A DNA stretch of 64,000 nucleotides, from the NCBI GenBank assembly GCA_030248215.1, contig JASANG010003345.1, positions 1 to 64,000 of the forward strand. Reading direction: 5' to 3'. Made by a program: the position numbers and the translations under genes. This document shows positions 1 through 13,494 of this stretch, piece by piece. Origin of the DNA: Enoplolaimus lenunculus (taxonomy: Eukaryota). A model generated the notes under the pieces. The model did not search any database and was not told where the DNA came from. It saw nothing but the letters and a program-made list of their open reading frames with translations. Each line of letters begins with the position of its first letter. Within the stretch, counting starts at the first letter, position 1.

Positions 1-714
1 TCTTGCGTTTAGTCGTATTCGATTGGGGATATAGGCTGGAGGCAGGGTGCAACCGGAGTACTGTTCCAATAGGGGAATCCGCTATTTTCCACTATCCGGT
101 TTCCGTTTCCGTTATTTTGATCACTATCCGTTCCTGTATTCGTTATTTTTGCTATCCGTTTACACCCTGGTTTCGATAATTTTACCGATACTTGTGTATA
201 TTATATTTGACCAGCGTCTACCCTCGAGTCGCATGCAGCTGTGGATGGCGAGCCAACCAGTAGAATTAATAAGTTATTAATGTAGATGATGTGTAGGTAA
301 AAGTCAGAGTAGTAGTTAAAGCGCTCCCTAAATGAAAAAACGGTTTTGAAGAGGAGTGATGTGTTCCATGTGTTGTCTCCCTTGGTTGAAGCATATCAAG
401 GTTGTATATACTTTTACCTAAAATTTGAGCTGTTCGGCTACTTTAGCCGGAAATGTCGGCCCAAAGATAAGGGCGGGACATTTTTCTGCGGGACTGCAAT
501 AGGATATGCTTGCTTTAGACCACGTTTTTTTCTTTAGGCTTAGGCATGACCTTATTTTTACGCTTAGGCTTCGGCTAAGGAATATGCTTATACTATGCTG
601 TTGCGACTCTATTCTACACATTAGCCACAAGCCGAATCGGAAACGATATTTTTTCCTCAGGTCGCGTCGTTACGGTAACTTTATTAATAAAGTCTTATCA
701 TGATGCACATCACA

Positions 715-1132
715 CTGTTGCAACCCGAATAAGAGAGAGACAAGAGGGGGTCCCCATTTTGAGTCTCAATTGGAGTCCGTATCCCCAATAAGAGGCGTAA
801 GCGGATAGAGTCCCTAAACCCTAATTTAGGTCATAAATGTTGATTGTCCCTAATTGTAGTGCGTAATTAACTCCAGACCCAAATAAAAGTTGAGTTCGAA
901 ACTTTAAAGCATACTTAAGTTTTGAAAGTACATTCCTAACCTCGCATTATCACTCAAGTTTTTGATGCAAGACAAATAAAGGTTTACTTCAACGAATAAT
1001 TGCAGTACTGGATATATATCAGCAACAAAGGGCGGGTTAATAGTAAATAACATTCCGTAACTGAATAACAGAGGGGTACCATCTGGAGAGGCCAAATAAA
1101 TATCAGTCCCCCTCTTATTCGGGTCACTACAG
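715..1132 (-). mobile_element. TA-flanked MITE family A (Tc1/mariner-like), copy 1
   Basis: Ends CTGTTGCAACCCGAATAAGAG...CTCTTATTCGGGTCACTACAG|TA. It is the reverse-complement homologue of 3325-3764. Confidence 0.85.
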
Positions 1133-1792
1133 TAGGTCAAGCCATTAATTTATTGTTCGTAATTTTGTAATTATAAACTGTCGACCTAATGTTTGTGGCC
1201 AATTGTTTTTTATAACGAAACTTACCTGATTGCGAGGACAAATCAGCTAATTATATAAACATATCAAAATATATAAAGCTTTTAGGTACTCTAGGGTGTG
1301 CCATAGCTAATATAAATATAAATATATATACATAAATATATACCTGTATATTGTACACAACATGTATATATGTAAATATAAATAAATATATCAACATGAA
1401 TTTCTGTTGAAGCATATCAAAATGAATGGTTACTAGAGACAACCAAGGTTTATATTATCAATTGTTCAAACATAGAATGATTTACTGTTGGTTCCTAGAT
1501 ATAAGTACATAGGACACTTTATAAGTATTGCTTTCGACGATAAATGTTTGTTTTTAGTTATTTCCATGAAAAGCTGCAGTTTTTCGGCTGTTTAATGGTA
1601 TGGGTGTGTAGTGCTAAAGGCTTAGGCTCAGTACAAAGGGCCTTGTGTTAAAACATAGACCACTGTTGCAGTCTTAAAAAGTTTAGGCACGTGACACAGT
1701 TCGCATAGGCCCAGTGCGCAGATGTTTGCTTTTAACATGGACCGCTGGTTCAGTTTGAAAAAGTTTAGACGTTCGATGCAGTTGACAATTTT

Positions 1793-1979
1793 TGCCCATG
1801 TAAAAGTCATGGGCGGAACGTTTTTCCGTGTGACTGCAATGGAGTAAGCTTAAAGTTTAGACTAATTTTTTGCTTAGGCTTAAGCGCATCTTGCGCTTAG
1901 GCTTAAGCGCATCTTGCGCTTAGGCTTAGGAATATATATGCTTATACTACTGTAACGGTCCGGTCTCTATACATTGGCA
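1793..1979 (+). mobile_element. GGCC-ended TTAGGC-containing MITE (family T)
   Basis: (G)GCCCATGTAAAAGTCATGGGCGGAAC...TACATTGGCA with internal GCTTAGGC repeats. Flanks ACAATTTT/ACCATTTT form an 8-bp TSD with 1 mismatch. Confidence 0.75.
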
Positions 1980-3324
1980 ACCATTTTTATCAACTTTACT
2001 TTAACGTTTGATGCTAATTTTAGAGACTTTTTAATCTATAAAATGCTTTAATTATATGTATACGAGCGATATTTTGGATCGCTAGCGTCTGTAGCGCGTG
2101 CAACCATGTCGTCCTGTACGGAAACATGTGAAATGTCGGCGGTCACTAATTATCTACATGCAAATGAGGTAGTGAACAGTTAACATGTATGTATTGAAAT
2201 GCAGCTATTGTTCAACTCGTTTTGATGATATCAGGGTGCAACCGGAATTCCGATTCGGTAGGGAAATCCGGTATTTTGCATTATCCGGTTCCGCTAATAA
2301 ATCCGATATTTTTCCACCGGAATTTTTTGGTATTTTCGTTATTGAAAATTTTTTCATTTGAAAAGTTAAGACACATTGGCATATTTCAAACTTACTTTTC
2401 TACAATTGTCTGAGCGTGTATTGCCGAAATTTTCAATTGGTGCCATACTCCATAATTTTACATACGTTTTCAGCTATTGCATTTGTTTCAAGATTTTGGC
2501 ATTGTAAATGGTGTGTTTACACCATTAAAAGCTATAAAACTGCATTTAAAAGAGTTTTTCAGTAACAAGTATTTGTTCTTTTCCGGTTTCGGCTTTTAAA
2601 CTTCCAGTTCCGGTATTTCATTATTCCTGTTGCACCCTGGTTATGTCCATTTCAGAAACAAATTTGTGAGCTCTTTAAGGCCTTTAATTTCTGAAATACA
2701 AGACAATGTCTTGAAAATTTAAGAAAGTAGGAGTCTTAAAATTTGAAGGCAATTATTTTGTGTGTAGTTCTTAGCTCGTCAACTTTTCAATTCTAAATTT
2801 GTAGTCTCGGTAATTTGTTTCCCGTCCGTAAACCGAAAATAAGGCTTTCCATATTGCTTTAGATAAATTAGCATACTGGCACTTAATTCATAGGGTGCGA
2901 CCAGATATTTGGTTCCGGTTTAATATCCGTATCCGATTCCGGTACGTCTCAATACTTGCTAAGCACATTTTAAAAAGTATACATTTTTTAAAATACAAAA
3001 ATCTGTGTCAGCAGCTATATCAAGGCGCTAATGACTCGAACGTTTCAAATACAAACACAAGCTAATACTCAGAAGTTTGATGTGCGATACTCGTTGGCCC
3101 ATGTTTCTCATTTTACTGATAGTAAGCGTGTTAATACTAAGACAGCTGTCAAAGATATATATGACGTTTACTTCAATAGATGTCATGGAGCTACTGTCAT
3201 AGAATCACTCCTGTACAGGCCCGGAAGACCCTTGTTTAAGCTCTTTTGCATGTTTAAACTGAAAGATATCCCACTATCCCCCTTCAAGGGACACTTATAC
3301 GTAGTATTATAACGCAATTCTCTA

Positions 3325-3764
3325 CTGTATTGACCCGAATAAGAGGGGGGACTGATATTTATTTTGCCTCTCCAGAGGGTACCCCCCTTTTTATTCGGTT
3401 ATGGACTGTTATTTATTTTTAACCCACGCTCCGCCGCCCTTCGTTACTGATATATATCCGGTACTGCAATTATCCGTTGAATTAAACATTTATTTGTCTT
3501 GTGTCAATAGCTTGAGCGATACTTCAAGGATATACTTAGGAATGTACTTTCAAAATTTAAGTACGCTTTAAAGTTTCGAACTGAAATTATTTGGTCCTGG
3601 AGTCATTTATGCGCTACAATTAGGGTTAATTGACATTTATGGACTCTAATTATGGTTTAGGGACCCTATCCGCTTATGGACTCTAGGGATACAGACTCCT
3701 ATTGATTCGGACCCAAAATGGGGACCTCCCTTCTTATTACCCCCTCTTATTCGGGTCAATACAG
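3325..3764 (+). mobile_element. TA-flanked MITE family A, best-preserved copy
   Basis: TA|CTGTATTGACCCGAATAAGAGGGGG...CCCCCTCTTATTCGGGTCAATACAG|TA, a perfect 25-bp TIR with TA on both sides. Partial copies lie at about 4890-5046, 54283-54475 and 54920-55153. Confidence 0.9.
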
Positions 3765-5140
3765 TACGTATATATAGAAAATGAATACTTTAAGGCGCTG
3801 CTAACCTCAACCGTGTCTAATATGGAAAATTAATTTGGTCTTCATGTAATTTGCCGTTTGCGACGATTTCAAAATGGCTGTCTTGCGTTTTAACAAACAT
3901 GTAAACATGCCAATCCCATAGCATACGAAAGTCGCACATGCGTGCAACTACGTTTATACTAGTCTATATATTAAAGCAGGAACGTCCCACATACGTGTTT
4001 CGGGTAGCGTTCCAACAGGTTTTGTTTGCGTTTACGTGCGCGTGTAGTATTCCTATTTTCTTTATATTTATTTACATGTATATGCTCTCCACCTTTATTG
4101 CTCCCTCGGCGGAACTTAGGCGCCCAGAGGTATATATTACAAAAATTGCCTGGAATTTTCGGGAGTGAAAGTTTCATATTCATGTAGATATTGTTGAAAC
4201 CTCAAAAACTTATGCCTAAAATATTCAAAGCATTAATTTTTTAACATATTTTTCAAATTATTGTTACGAAACAATTAAAAATACAAATTTCGGTTCACAT
4301 CATCATTTGCGTCGTGGTATCATTGCAACCCTTCGAATCCGTAAAAGTGTGGTTGAGTTTCAAAATACAACAAATTTCAGACGTGAGATTTGCCCTGCTG
4401 TATGTAAAAAACGTGAGATCTACAACTGCGAGAGTTCGTAGGTTTAAAAACCTGTGTCACTAAATGGTGCGTTAGGTGCAACATTACACATTGCAGAATA
4501 TGGGCCATAATCTGAAACCAGCAACAGTCCAGACGTATTTTTGTCCAAAATCTCAATTCAAATCCATTCTTTTTTCTAACAAATGTAAACTTAGCTGCGC
4601 AATTGACTAAATTAGCGAGATATAATGTCGCCGATTTTTTTAAAACATTAAAGAACTAAGCGGTCTCACAGTGGTTGACCGCTGGTGGAAACACAAAGTC
4701 AACAAAGGCTAATCGTGGAACAATATACACATATACTGAACTATTTCAGTTTTACAGAGTTGTTCCGTAAAACTTGTTTAGTTGATGATGATGTAAATTG
4801 CTTAGTTAAACGCAAATACCGTTTTACGTCAATTTTTCTTTGACAAAATTTAGGCCTAAACTACGAACACCAGATACAAGACAGCTAACGTTTAATTCAA
4901 CGGATAGTTGCAATGCCGTATTATTAGTGATGAACGGAGGGCGGTGGGCGAGTTAGAAATAAATAACAGTCCGTAACCGAATATCAAGGGGGTACCGTCA
5001 GGAGAGGCCATAAATATCATCCCCCCTCTTATTCGGGTTACAACAGTATGCATATATCTTATATATAATATATTCAATAAAATACGACCTATATATACCT
5101 AATTATGCTTATGTATATTTGAAATTTTTTCACTTTTCAG

Positions 5141-5464
5141 GCAGCCGTTGAACACATCAGGCGGAAACTCGACAACATTTTAATTTGCACTGCAGTACTA
5201 ACAATCGTTGCAATTTGTGCGGTAATAGCGCACATTATTGGATGCGTTATCAATGGATTACTTGCAAAATCAAGTCATGATAATCAGCCAGGTCGTAGCG
5301 GCACAGGACCTCCGTATTCAGCCTTTTCATTGCAAGGAAACATTGGAAATAAAGTTGCACCGTGTGAAACCAACGGGATCGCGCGTGAACGAACAGATTT
5401 GACAGATGTAAACGGCTGGAATGAACCCAATGACAACCGGAAAAGGAAAAAACGAAAGTTTTAA
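5141..5464 (+). CDS. Terminal coding exon of an unidentified membrane protein (upstream exons not resolved)
   Basis: Strong acceptor TTTTCAG ends at 5140. It is followed by an open frame of 107 codons: AAVEHIRRKLDNILICTAVLTIVAICAVIAHIIGCVINGLLAKSS...NRKRKKRKF*. This has one long hydrophobic segment and a basic C-terminus. Confidence 0.6.
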   Translation, partial: AAVEHIRRKLDNILICTAVLTIVAICAVIAHIIGCVINGLLAKSSHDNQPGRSGTGPPYSAFSLQGNIGNKVAPCETNGIARERTDLTDVNGWNEPNDNRKRKKRKF

Positions 5465-7555
5465 CAAAAATTGTTAGTTTTTGAACTTTATATACCGATT
5501 ATTAGTGCCTATATTTGCTTAAATTGAATTGTCTGTGTATGTTCATTCGTAAATTATAAATTTGTCAAATCGCTGTATTAAAAGAATGAATGTAAAATGT
5601 GCTATTCATAAAATCATAAGGCCAAGGAAAACTCTTGGAACTTTAGTTTTGCCCTTTAAAATCTGATTTTACGCAAAAATATATTGTAATAAGACAAAGT
5701 TCATGGTAAGCAAGATACTTAATGCGCCATATAGTGTCACGAGGCGGGACGGAGCTGACCTTATAGCAATTAATAGAAGCATCTTTCTTCAACGGTGTGC
5801 CGCAGGTATTGCAAAAATATTGATTGTTCATGAACTAAAAACAGAAAAATACCAGACTTTGCATCGGAACCGAATAGTGAGAACACGAAATTTGTTTGAC
5901 AGTTATGGCGATTTGCAAAGCATAGCTTGCGACACACCAAATGCAAACTTACTTTTTTACAAGGCAAGTGTTTAAAAATATATAGTTTTTGAACTGCACA
6001 TGTTACAATACTCTTTAGGGCCGTCCCGTTTTCTTGTGGGAATGCAAAGCAACACTGACAGGCTTGAATTTTAGACTATTTTTTGCTTAGGCTTATTGGA
6101 GGCATAGGTTCATATTTTGAACGCTTTAGGCATAGGTTAAAACTTTTAGTAACACATGCTTAATTTACAGTTACGGCCCCAAGGGTAACAGTGACCCTGG
6201 CCTGGTAGATTGATGAAAAAAGTTTGCGACCAAAACGAGCGAAAAGCCAAACATTTGCCTCGCACTATGTTACAAATGCAGCTTCCCCAACCCAGACTTT
6301 GCATCCCCATTTGAAAACGGTACCGGTTCTGCAAGCAGAAAATTTGGGCCAAAGTAGGTATGCATAGAAACTGTCTACAAGCAAACTATGAACACGAGCA
6401 ATTCAGCGGGCTTAATCCCCAAGCATGATGTTAGCGCTTCCCTAACGGTGCAATTGTAAAGATCAGGGGCAGAATGTTTTTCTGTGTTGGCTAGAAAAAG
6501 TAAGCTTAAAGCTTTAAACTAACTTTTTACTTGGCTTACGCTTAGGCTTAGGCTTAGGAACAAACTCATTCTTACGCTTAGGCTTAGGTTTTAGGCTTAG
6601 TTGTTCTAAAAACACAAATGCGGGGTTCACGTTACAATTTGGTTTCTAATTTGCAAAATTTGGTGTTGTTTTTTTTTTTAATTTTAAAACTGTGAACAGG
6701 TTTATTTGCCTTCCATTTTGACTAAAGTCCGTATTTGACTAAAGTCAAAGGTTCTCAATAAGTTTTTGCTTGCCAGTTACGTTGATGGTGGCAGACACTA
6801 AAAATTTACAATTTTATAGTTCGGATTTTGTGATGAGATAAATCTCGAATGGAATCTGTGACCTCGTCAAAATGTTCAATTTTAAACTTTAGAAGGTCGA
6901 CTTAAAAGTCGCGTCTCTACAATCTAGCTATAAGCTATGATTAAGTTTGGCAACCTTAAGCCCTTTATTAAAGTTTTCTGTTGAAATCGGAAAATTGACG
7001 GTGGAAACACTTCTAACTTAAATAGGTTTATAGTTACTTTGCTTAAGTCTAAGATTCACCAATTTTAGTAGGATTAGTTAAGACTTAAGTCTTAATTTGT
7101 ACTAAGTCTAAGGTCGGTATAAACCATGTTTCTGCAGTCTAGCCGTCGTGTGCTGTAAACCCGTTCAAGAGCGAATATTTCACGGTAATTTGATAGCTAG
7201 TGGAAACTACAAATTTTCAGTACATTGAAATGCTAATATGTGTTTTTGGATTAAAATTCATTTTCGACATTAATGTAGGTATCATCGTAACTGTGAAAAG
7301 CGACGGTTCCGCATGTATGTTTCGTGCGGTGGTTAGATTGACGAGTTATGTGGAACCATCACTGTTAACACTTTTGCGCAAAGTAGGAACAAATAAAAAG
7401 TTACCAACTAAAACGCTGTTGATGTTTTGCACAGTACGATCTTTCTGATGTTGAACCGGCCTTAAATCGTTCAATATAGTTGACAGTAAACCGCGCGGAA
7501 AAATATTATTTTTCAGTGATTAATGATATTTTTGCTACGCATTTAAACAGCAGAT

Positions 7556-10500
7556 ATGTGCCAACACGATTCAGAAACAAGTCCTTTTGGCACTATACGT
7601 TCCGGAGACGTAGCGCTATTTGGTTTCTCTTGTAAGAGGTTTGCGTGCTCTTTGGGTTTAGGTGGAAAATATCCCGGTAATTCTTTTTCGGCAATTTCAT
7701 GTACGTGATCATTTTGACCTCGTAGATTCCTAAAATATAGAATTTGAATTTATTCTGGTCCATTGGCTGCGGGAAACTAATCTCAGCAGACCAATGCTAT
7801 AAATAACGTTGGCATACAATCTTGATGCCAGGGTGCAACCGGAATTCCGGTTCCGATTACGGCATTTTTTCACTTTGGGGTTCCGGTTCCTGTAAATTTT
7901 TACCGGAATTAAAAATTTTTGCACTAAAAATGACTAAAAAAATTTAGTAGATTTCATTCGTGTTGCATATAAACCTTAACATTCGCCGGTAATTCCGGTT
8001 ACACCCTGATACGTAACATGTCAGCTCGATGTCCTTGCCATTTTTATAGGTCAGCTTCCTCGACGGCGCATGTGTGAACCAGCTGGTGTTTGGTATGAAG
8101 TTTGTATGCTGCGAGATTTGTATGTTCTTGGAGATTTGACTGAAGACCTGTTGAGCAAGTTTCAATTTGTGAAATCTGAATTTAATGACAGCGGCTCTGA
8201 CGACAACGGTAAGTTAAATTTATCAAATCTGTTTGAATGTTTTATGGTTTCCGTAATATTTTTTGCTTCTGTTTTTTTCATTTTGTTCGCGCAAAATTGA
8301 ACCGCTATGGAAGTTTTTATTTTTATACCTTGAAGAAACGACAGTTTGTAGGAAAAACCGGTTGCACCTGAAAGTGAATGCACTGAAGATTGATAGATAT
8401 GTATGTGTCTTCAGAAAATGATACAAATGCATGGCTTAGGCCAGAAACGAAAAGCTACCTCAAATATCTTCAAAAGCTAGATCCAAAAAACTGGAAGGTA
8501 CATATGGTTTTGGCTTTTTACAAATTACGTATGGATTTCTGTATGCTTTTTTTATTAAGCGAGGTGATGTCAGATTTAAGCTTCGCTAGGAAAATGTCGC
8601 GGAGCACCATATGGCTAAAACCGAACAAAAAGCATTAAGTTTATTACATGCAAATTGGCCAAATTGCCACAGGTTGAACCTGGGGACGATCGCCCCCCAC
8701 TCGTGTGTTGCTCGTACGTGCTGCTGCAGGTTCAGTCTGGGAACTAGCTATCACACCACAAAAAATGGGAAGAGTGTGAGGCCAGTAAATTTTTACGAAA
8801 CGCGCAGTGGAGTGCGGTCCATGCTTTGAATTAGACATATTTTTATGCTGCATCTCTGTACGTAGAAATAACTATATATACAGGAAAATTCACATTAAAT
8901 TATTATCCTGAGAATAGCAACAGATAATGCGTTTACTTCTTATTACATACAGCCAATAAGTTAAATTTAGTAGAATTTCACTTTTAAAATTGAGGTGTTG
9001 TAAAATATTAAGTAGATAATTACCGAATTCTAGGAGCAAGATCATTATAAGGTTCTTGGTCTGGACAAGCTTCGTTATAGTGCTACTGAGGAGCAGATAA
9101 AAGCGGCTTGTAAGTTTACTCTACCTGTACTGTTTTAGCGATGTTCGCTTTGCGCTGTAAGTATATAGCAATACCATTGATAGCCCTGATTAACAGAATT
9201 ATAAGTATATAATAAATTGTATATAGATGGTTGTATTATTTAATCACAGGTAATTAAGTAACGATTTTCAAATGTTTTATAGAGTTTCTTTACTGTCGTA
9301 TTTCTTCTAATTTATGTTTCTATTTCAATTAAATTGGTTTGTTCTGATTTGTATGAGCCTAGACTGGTCTATTATTAAAACAATCATAGCGTAATTTGTA
9401 CGTGTTTGTTAGTTTTATACGAACAGTTTTAGCATGTTTTGTGGAACCTTTATTCCGTATCCTCATAACGTCTGTATATATTTTATATTTTAGATAGAGT
9501 CAAGGTTTTGAACCATCATCCAGATAAGCGTATGGGCAAAGGAAAAACTGTATCCGTTGATGACGATTATTTCGCTTGCATAATAAAAGGTTAGCTTCTA
9601 TGCAAAGAAATACACATATACGTAAATGGTTTTTTGGTTTTATGGCAGTAGTTCTAGCTTTAACGCTAATTTCAGATATTGTATTATTTCTAATAGTAGT
9701 AATATTACATCGGATATCATTTTATATGATTTATCATTTGAATAACGTTTATGTATACAGTATGTGGCATGGTTCTGTGAAATTCAGACTATAGTATAGG
9801 TTGTCAAACTGGAAATTGTTATTTATCTGGTATACAACCTAAGTTATTGTATGATTAAAGCTTACGAATTGCTCAGTATCAATGATAAACGACGTTCGTA
9901 CGATAGTGTAGATCCAACATTTGACGATTGCGTGCCTAGTGCGGCAGATATCTCGTGTGGGCAAGAGTTTTTTGAACTTTTTCAGCCTGTGTTTGAACGC
10001 AATGCGAGGTTAGTTTGACTCAAGTACAATTTTTTAATTGAAATTTTTCGAATTTTAGTGTGTGAAACTGGCATTTCATTATGGTCTTGTTTATACTGCT
10101 AATAATTTCTGCTTGGTAAGATTGACTGATACATCGCTTTCGCTAACCTTGACTGAGACGCAGGGCTCGTCTTGATGTAGTGTTTTATGCATCGCTCTCG
10201 GTAACTTTGGCTGAAACGCAGGGTTTGCGTTCAATTTTCACTCAACCCAAGATAATAAATGTGATATTTGATTTGAATTTTAGGTGGTCACGGGTTCAAC
10301 CTGTTCCTGAATTAGGTACCCCAACAAGTGATTTTAAACAAGTTGATGCGTTTTATTCGTTTTGGTACGATTTTGACAGCTGGCGTGAATTTTCGTATCT
10401 CGATGAAGAAGATAAGGAGCGCGGCGAAAAGTTTGTTTAAGGGTTGTTGTTATGTCTGTGTATAATAAATTTATTCCAGCGGATCACTGTTACTTTTTCT

Positions 10501-13432
10501 TCCAAAAAATGCGCACTGCATCATTCCGAAATCTCTAACTCGAATGATTAAGAGAAAACGTAGATGCGATAAGGTATTGTCGCGCCTATTTGGGCTAGTT
10601 GGTATATTTATGATATATGTATGTGGTTAACAAATTGTTTCGGTTATGGAAAATTAATATCTGGTCTTACCCCGAAGTGAGTATCTCCTCAATTGTTATT
10701 CTCTACGTGTTTGGGTGCCTCGTGTAATATATTATATGTGTGACCAAAATAATCGCTGTGAATTATATTTTGTTACAGTCTATTTTGTTACAGTCTATTT
10801 TGTTTGCTATAGTCGCGAAGAGCGCCGTTGGATTGAAAAACAAAACAAAATCAAGCGAGATGAAAGGCGAAAAAATGAAATTAAAAGGATACGCAAACTA
10901 GTCGGTAATTCTCTAGCGAATATTTTGTAATTACCTTTACAAAGGAAGGGACATTCAATAATTTTTAGTATTACATTTCAGCGGTTAATTCGAATTGGAA
11001 TTAAGTTTTCCTGACCAGGGTCGCTCGCACGAGCGGTCATTTATTTTATTTTTAACTAGCCTTCTATGCTTTATAATGGTATTTTTAATTTAAAATTATT
11101 ATTTGGACACATTGCAAGATTATTACTAGCAAGTGTTACAGCGTATTTTATCTAAAAATATTTTTGCGGTGTTTTTTCAGATACCGCTTATTCGTTCGAT
11201 CCACGTGTTCAAAGGTTCAAAGATGCCGAGAAAAAGCGGAAAGAGATTGAGAAAAAAGTCAGACAAGAGCAACAAAGGATAAAAAAAGAAGAGGAAGAAA
11301 AGGTACTTTGTAATTGGCTACAAAATTGCACTTTTCTGACATAAATTTTGTTGAGACGGTAGTGTGTACACAATTGAAATACCATTTTTGCCATTTTTTG
11401 TTAGTATTAGATTATTAGGACTGAAGTGAATTAAAGGGGCAAATGTTAGATTTTCAAAGAAGTTGGTTCAATGAAGAAGGTTACCACTATCTTCTGTAGT
11501 CGTTCAGTAGCAGAGCCTTTTCTTAAGCCTAAGTAAATTCGAGGAAGTATACAAGACCCTGAAATTTTCGCTTTCCTCTACAAATATCGAAGTTTTCCGT
11601 TTAAATGTGATTCGTCGGGTAAATGAAAACTGCGCCTGGAGTAGCGTTTTACCCTCTATTTTAAAAACCTTATTCTTCTGGGGAGTTACACCGATGTGCG
11701 TCGAGTATAACGCAATCCTAAGATTTTTGCGCGGCACTATGTTTACTATTGTAGTTATCATTAATAATGATAATATATTCATTATGTATTAATTTAGGCG
11801 AGAGAATTGAGCCAAGAAAGTGAAAGACAGGAACAGAAACAAAAAGAAGAAGAGAAGAAACAAAAAGTAATTGTTGTGTCTTACTTGGTTTTAATTGTTT
11901 CTCTCGATCGTTAATGTTTATAGTACCTATAGTCTATTTGTTGAGGGAACTAGTGTTTTTGAGCAGTTTGTTGCTTAAATTGTTGAAATTCAATGCTTGG
12001 AGGATCATAGCTGTTACTGATAATTTGTTTAATGTAACACATTGGTTGTATTAGTGGATACACACAATGCATGAGCATGATAACAACTTGAATTATTTAC
12101 ATGGCAGGCTTTACAAGAGAAAAAAGAAAGGGAAACGAAAAAGAAAACCTTACAGAAAGAGAGGAAATTACTTCAAGATTTTTGCAAGGTATAGTTTATA
12201 TGCATTTTATGCAGTGAAAAAACTGCAAAAATTTAATATTATTTGTTGATTAGACGCAGTAAACATTACTTTTTAAATCAACGCGAAAAGTTAATGAAAC
12301 AGTTGAGTTAGTGAATACTTTGGATTTGAATCATTTAATAATTTTATTGTGTTTGTTAAGATTTTTGTTTTCAGTGCACTTAGCACAAGACAAATAATAA
12401 AGCTGGACACGGCCACACAAGTTTTTGGTGTATTTATAAGCAGCTGTTTTTAATGATGACATGTTTAGGACAGTGGATACTTTGCTCAAGAGGAACGAGA
12501 TCGTGTTACGAATTTAGCAAATATGGATAAACTATGCAAATTTTTGAGCAGTGAAGAGTAAGTCTATATAAACTAATTAAAGAACTAGAATATTTATATC
12601 CGGATGTATGTTTTGCGATTTATTTGAAGATTTTACATTGACATTAATGAATTTTAGGCTGTCGCTTTTCGAATTTGTCAGTTGATTATTATTGTTTAGT
12701 TATCACGGTTGCAACAGGGAACGGTGATTGGTTTGGACAAAAATCATGCATTGCGTTCATGTTGGTTAACGTTAATATGTTTGTCTAGTACTTATGGAGA
12801 ATTGAAGGAGCAACATTTGGTTTTGGAAGATCTGTAACAAACCAAACGCACCTCGATGCTTCTCTTTTTGATACTAAGCTCTTTATCTATGTGTAGTAGG
12901 TTATTCTGATTAATATATTTTTAGGATTATTGAACTCAGACAAAAACTGGCTGATTGCGAACAACAGAACAGGCGAGATATTTTTATAGCTAGCGTAAGT
13001 GTTTAGGCTATTTTTCATGGAGATGATGCACAGTGAGATATTTTGTGCTATGTCAACTTATTCCTTGAATCTAGAAAACGGAAGGATTTCATCGAATCGG
13101 TATTTTTCTTAAATAGGTATACACGAAAAAACATTCGAAACTTTCGTTAGAAAAATAAATTTTATTTTCATTTTCGGTAATGACACAAAATTGACCGAGT
13201 GTAAGAATTTCTAACTCAGTAGTTGGGTCTCGGTTTTAAATTGATTTTGAAAATTCGAATTTAAGCAAGTTAGGCAACGCTCGTTCTGCAGATAATTTAG
13301 TCATCCGCTGTCCACCACTCATTATGATACAGTTATTGCTGTTTTATTACTGCGATTAGACTGTTATTAGAATTATGATGTAGCAGCTTTCCGCTGTAGT
13401 TTTTGACATGTCTGAAGCTGCAAAATACTACA

Positions 13433-13494
<62 letters not shown>

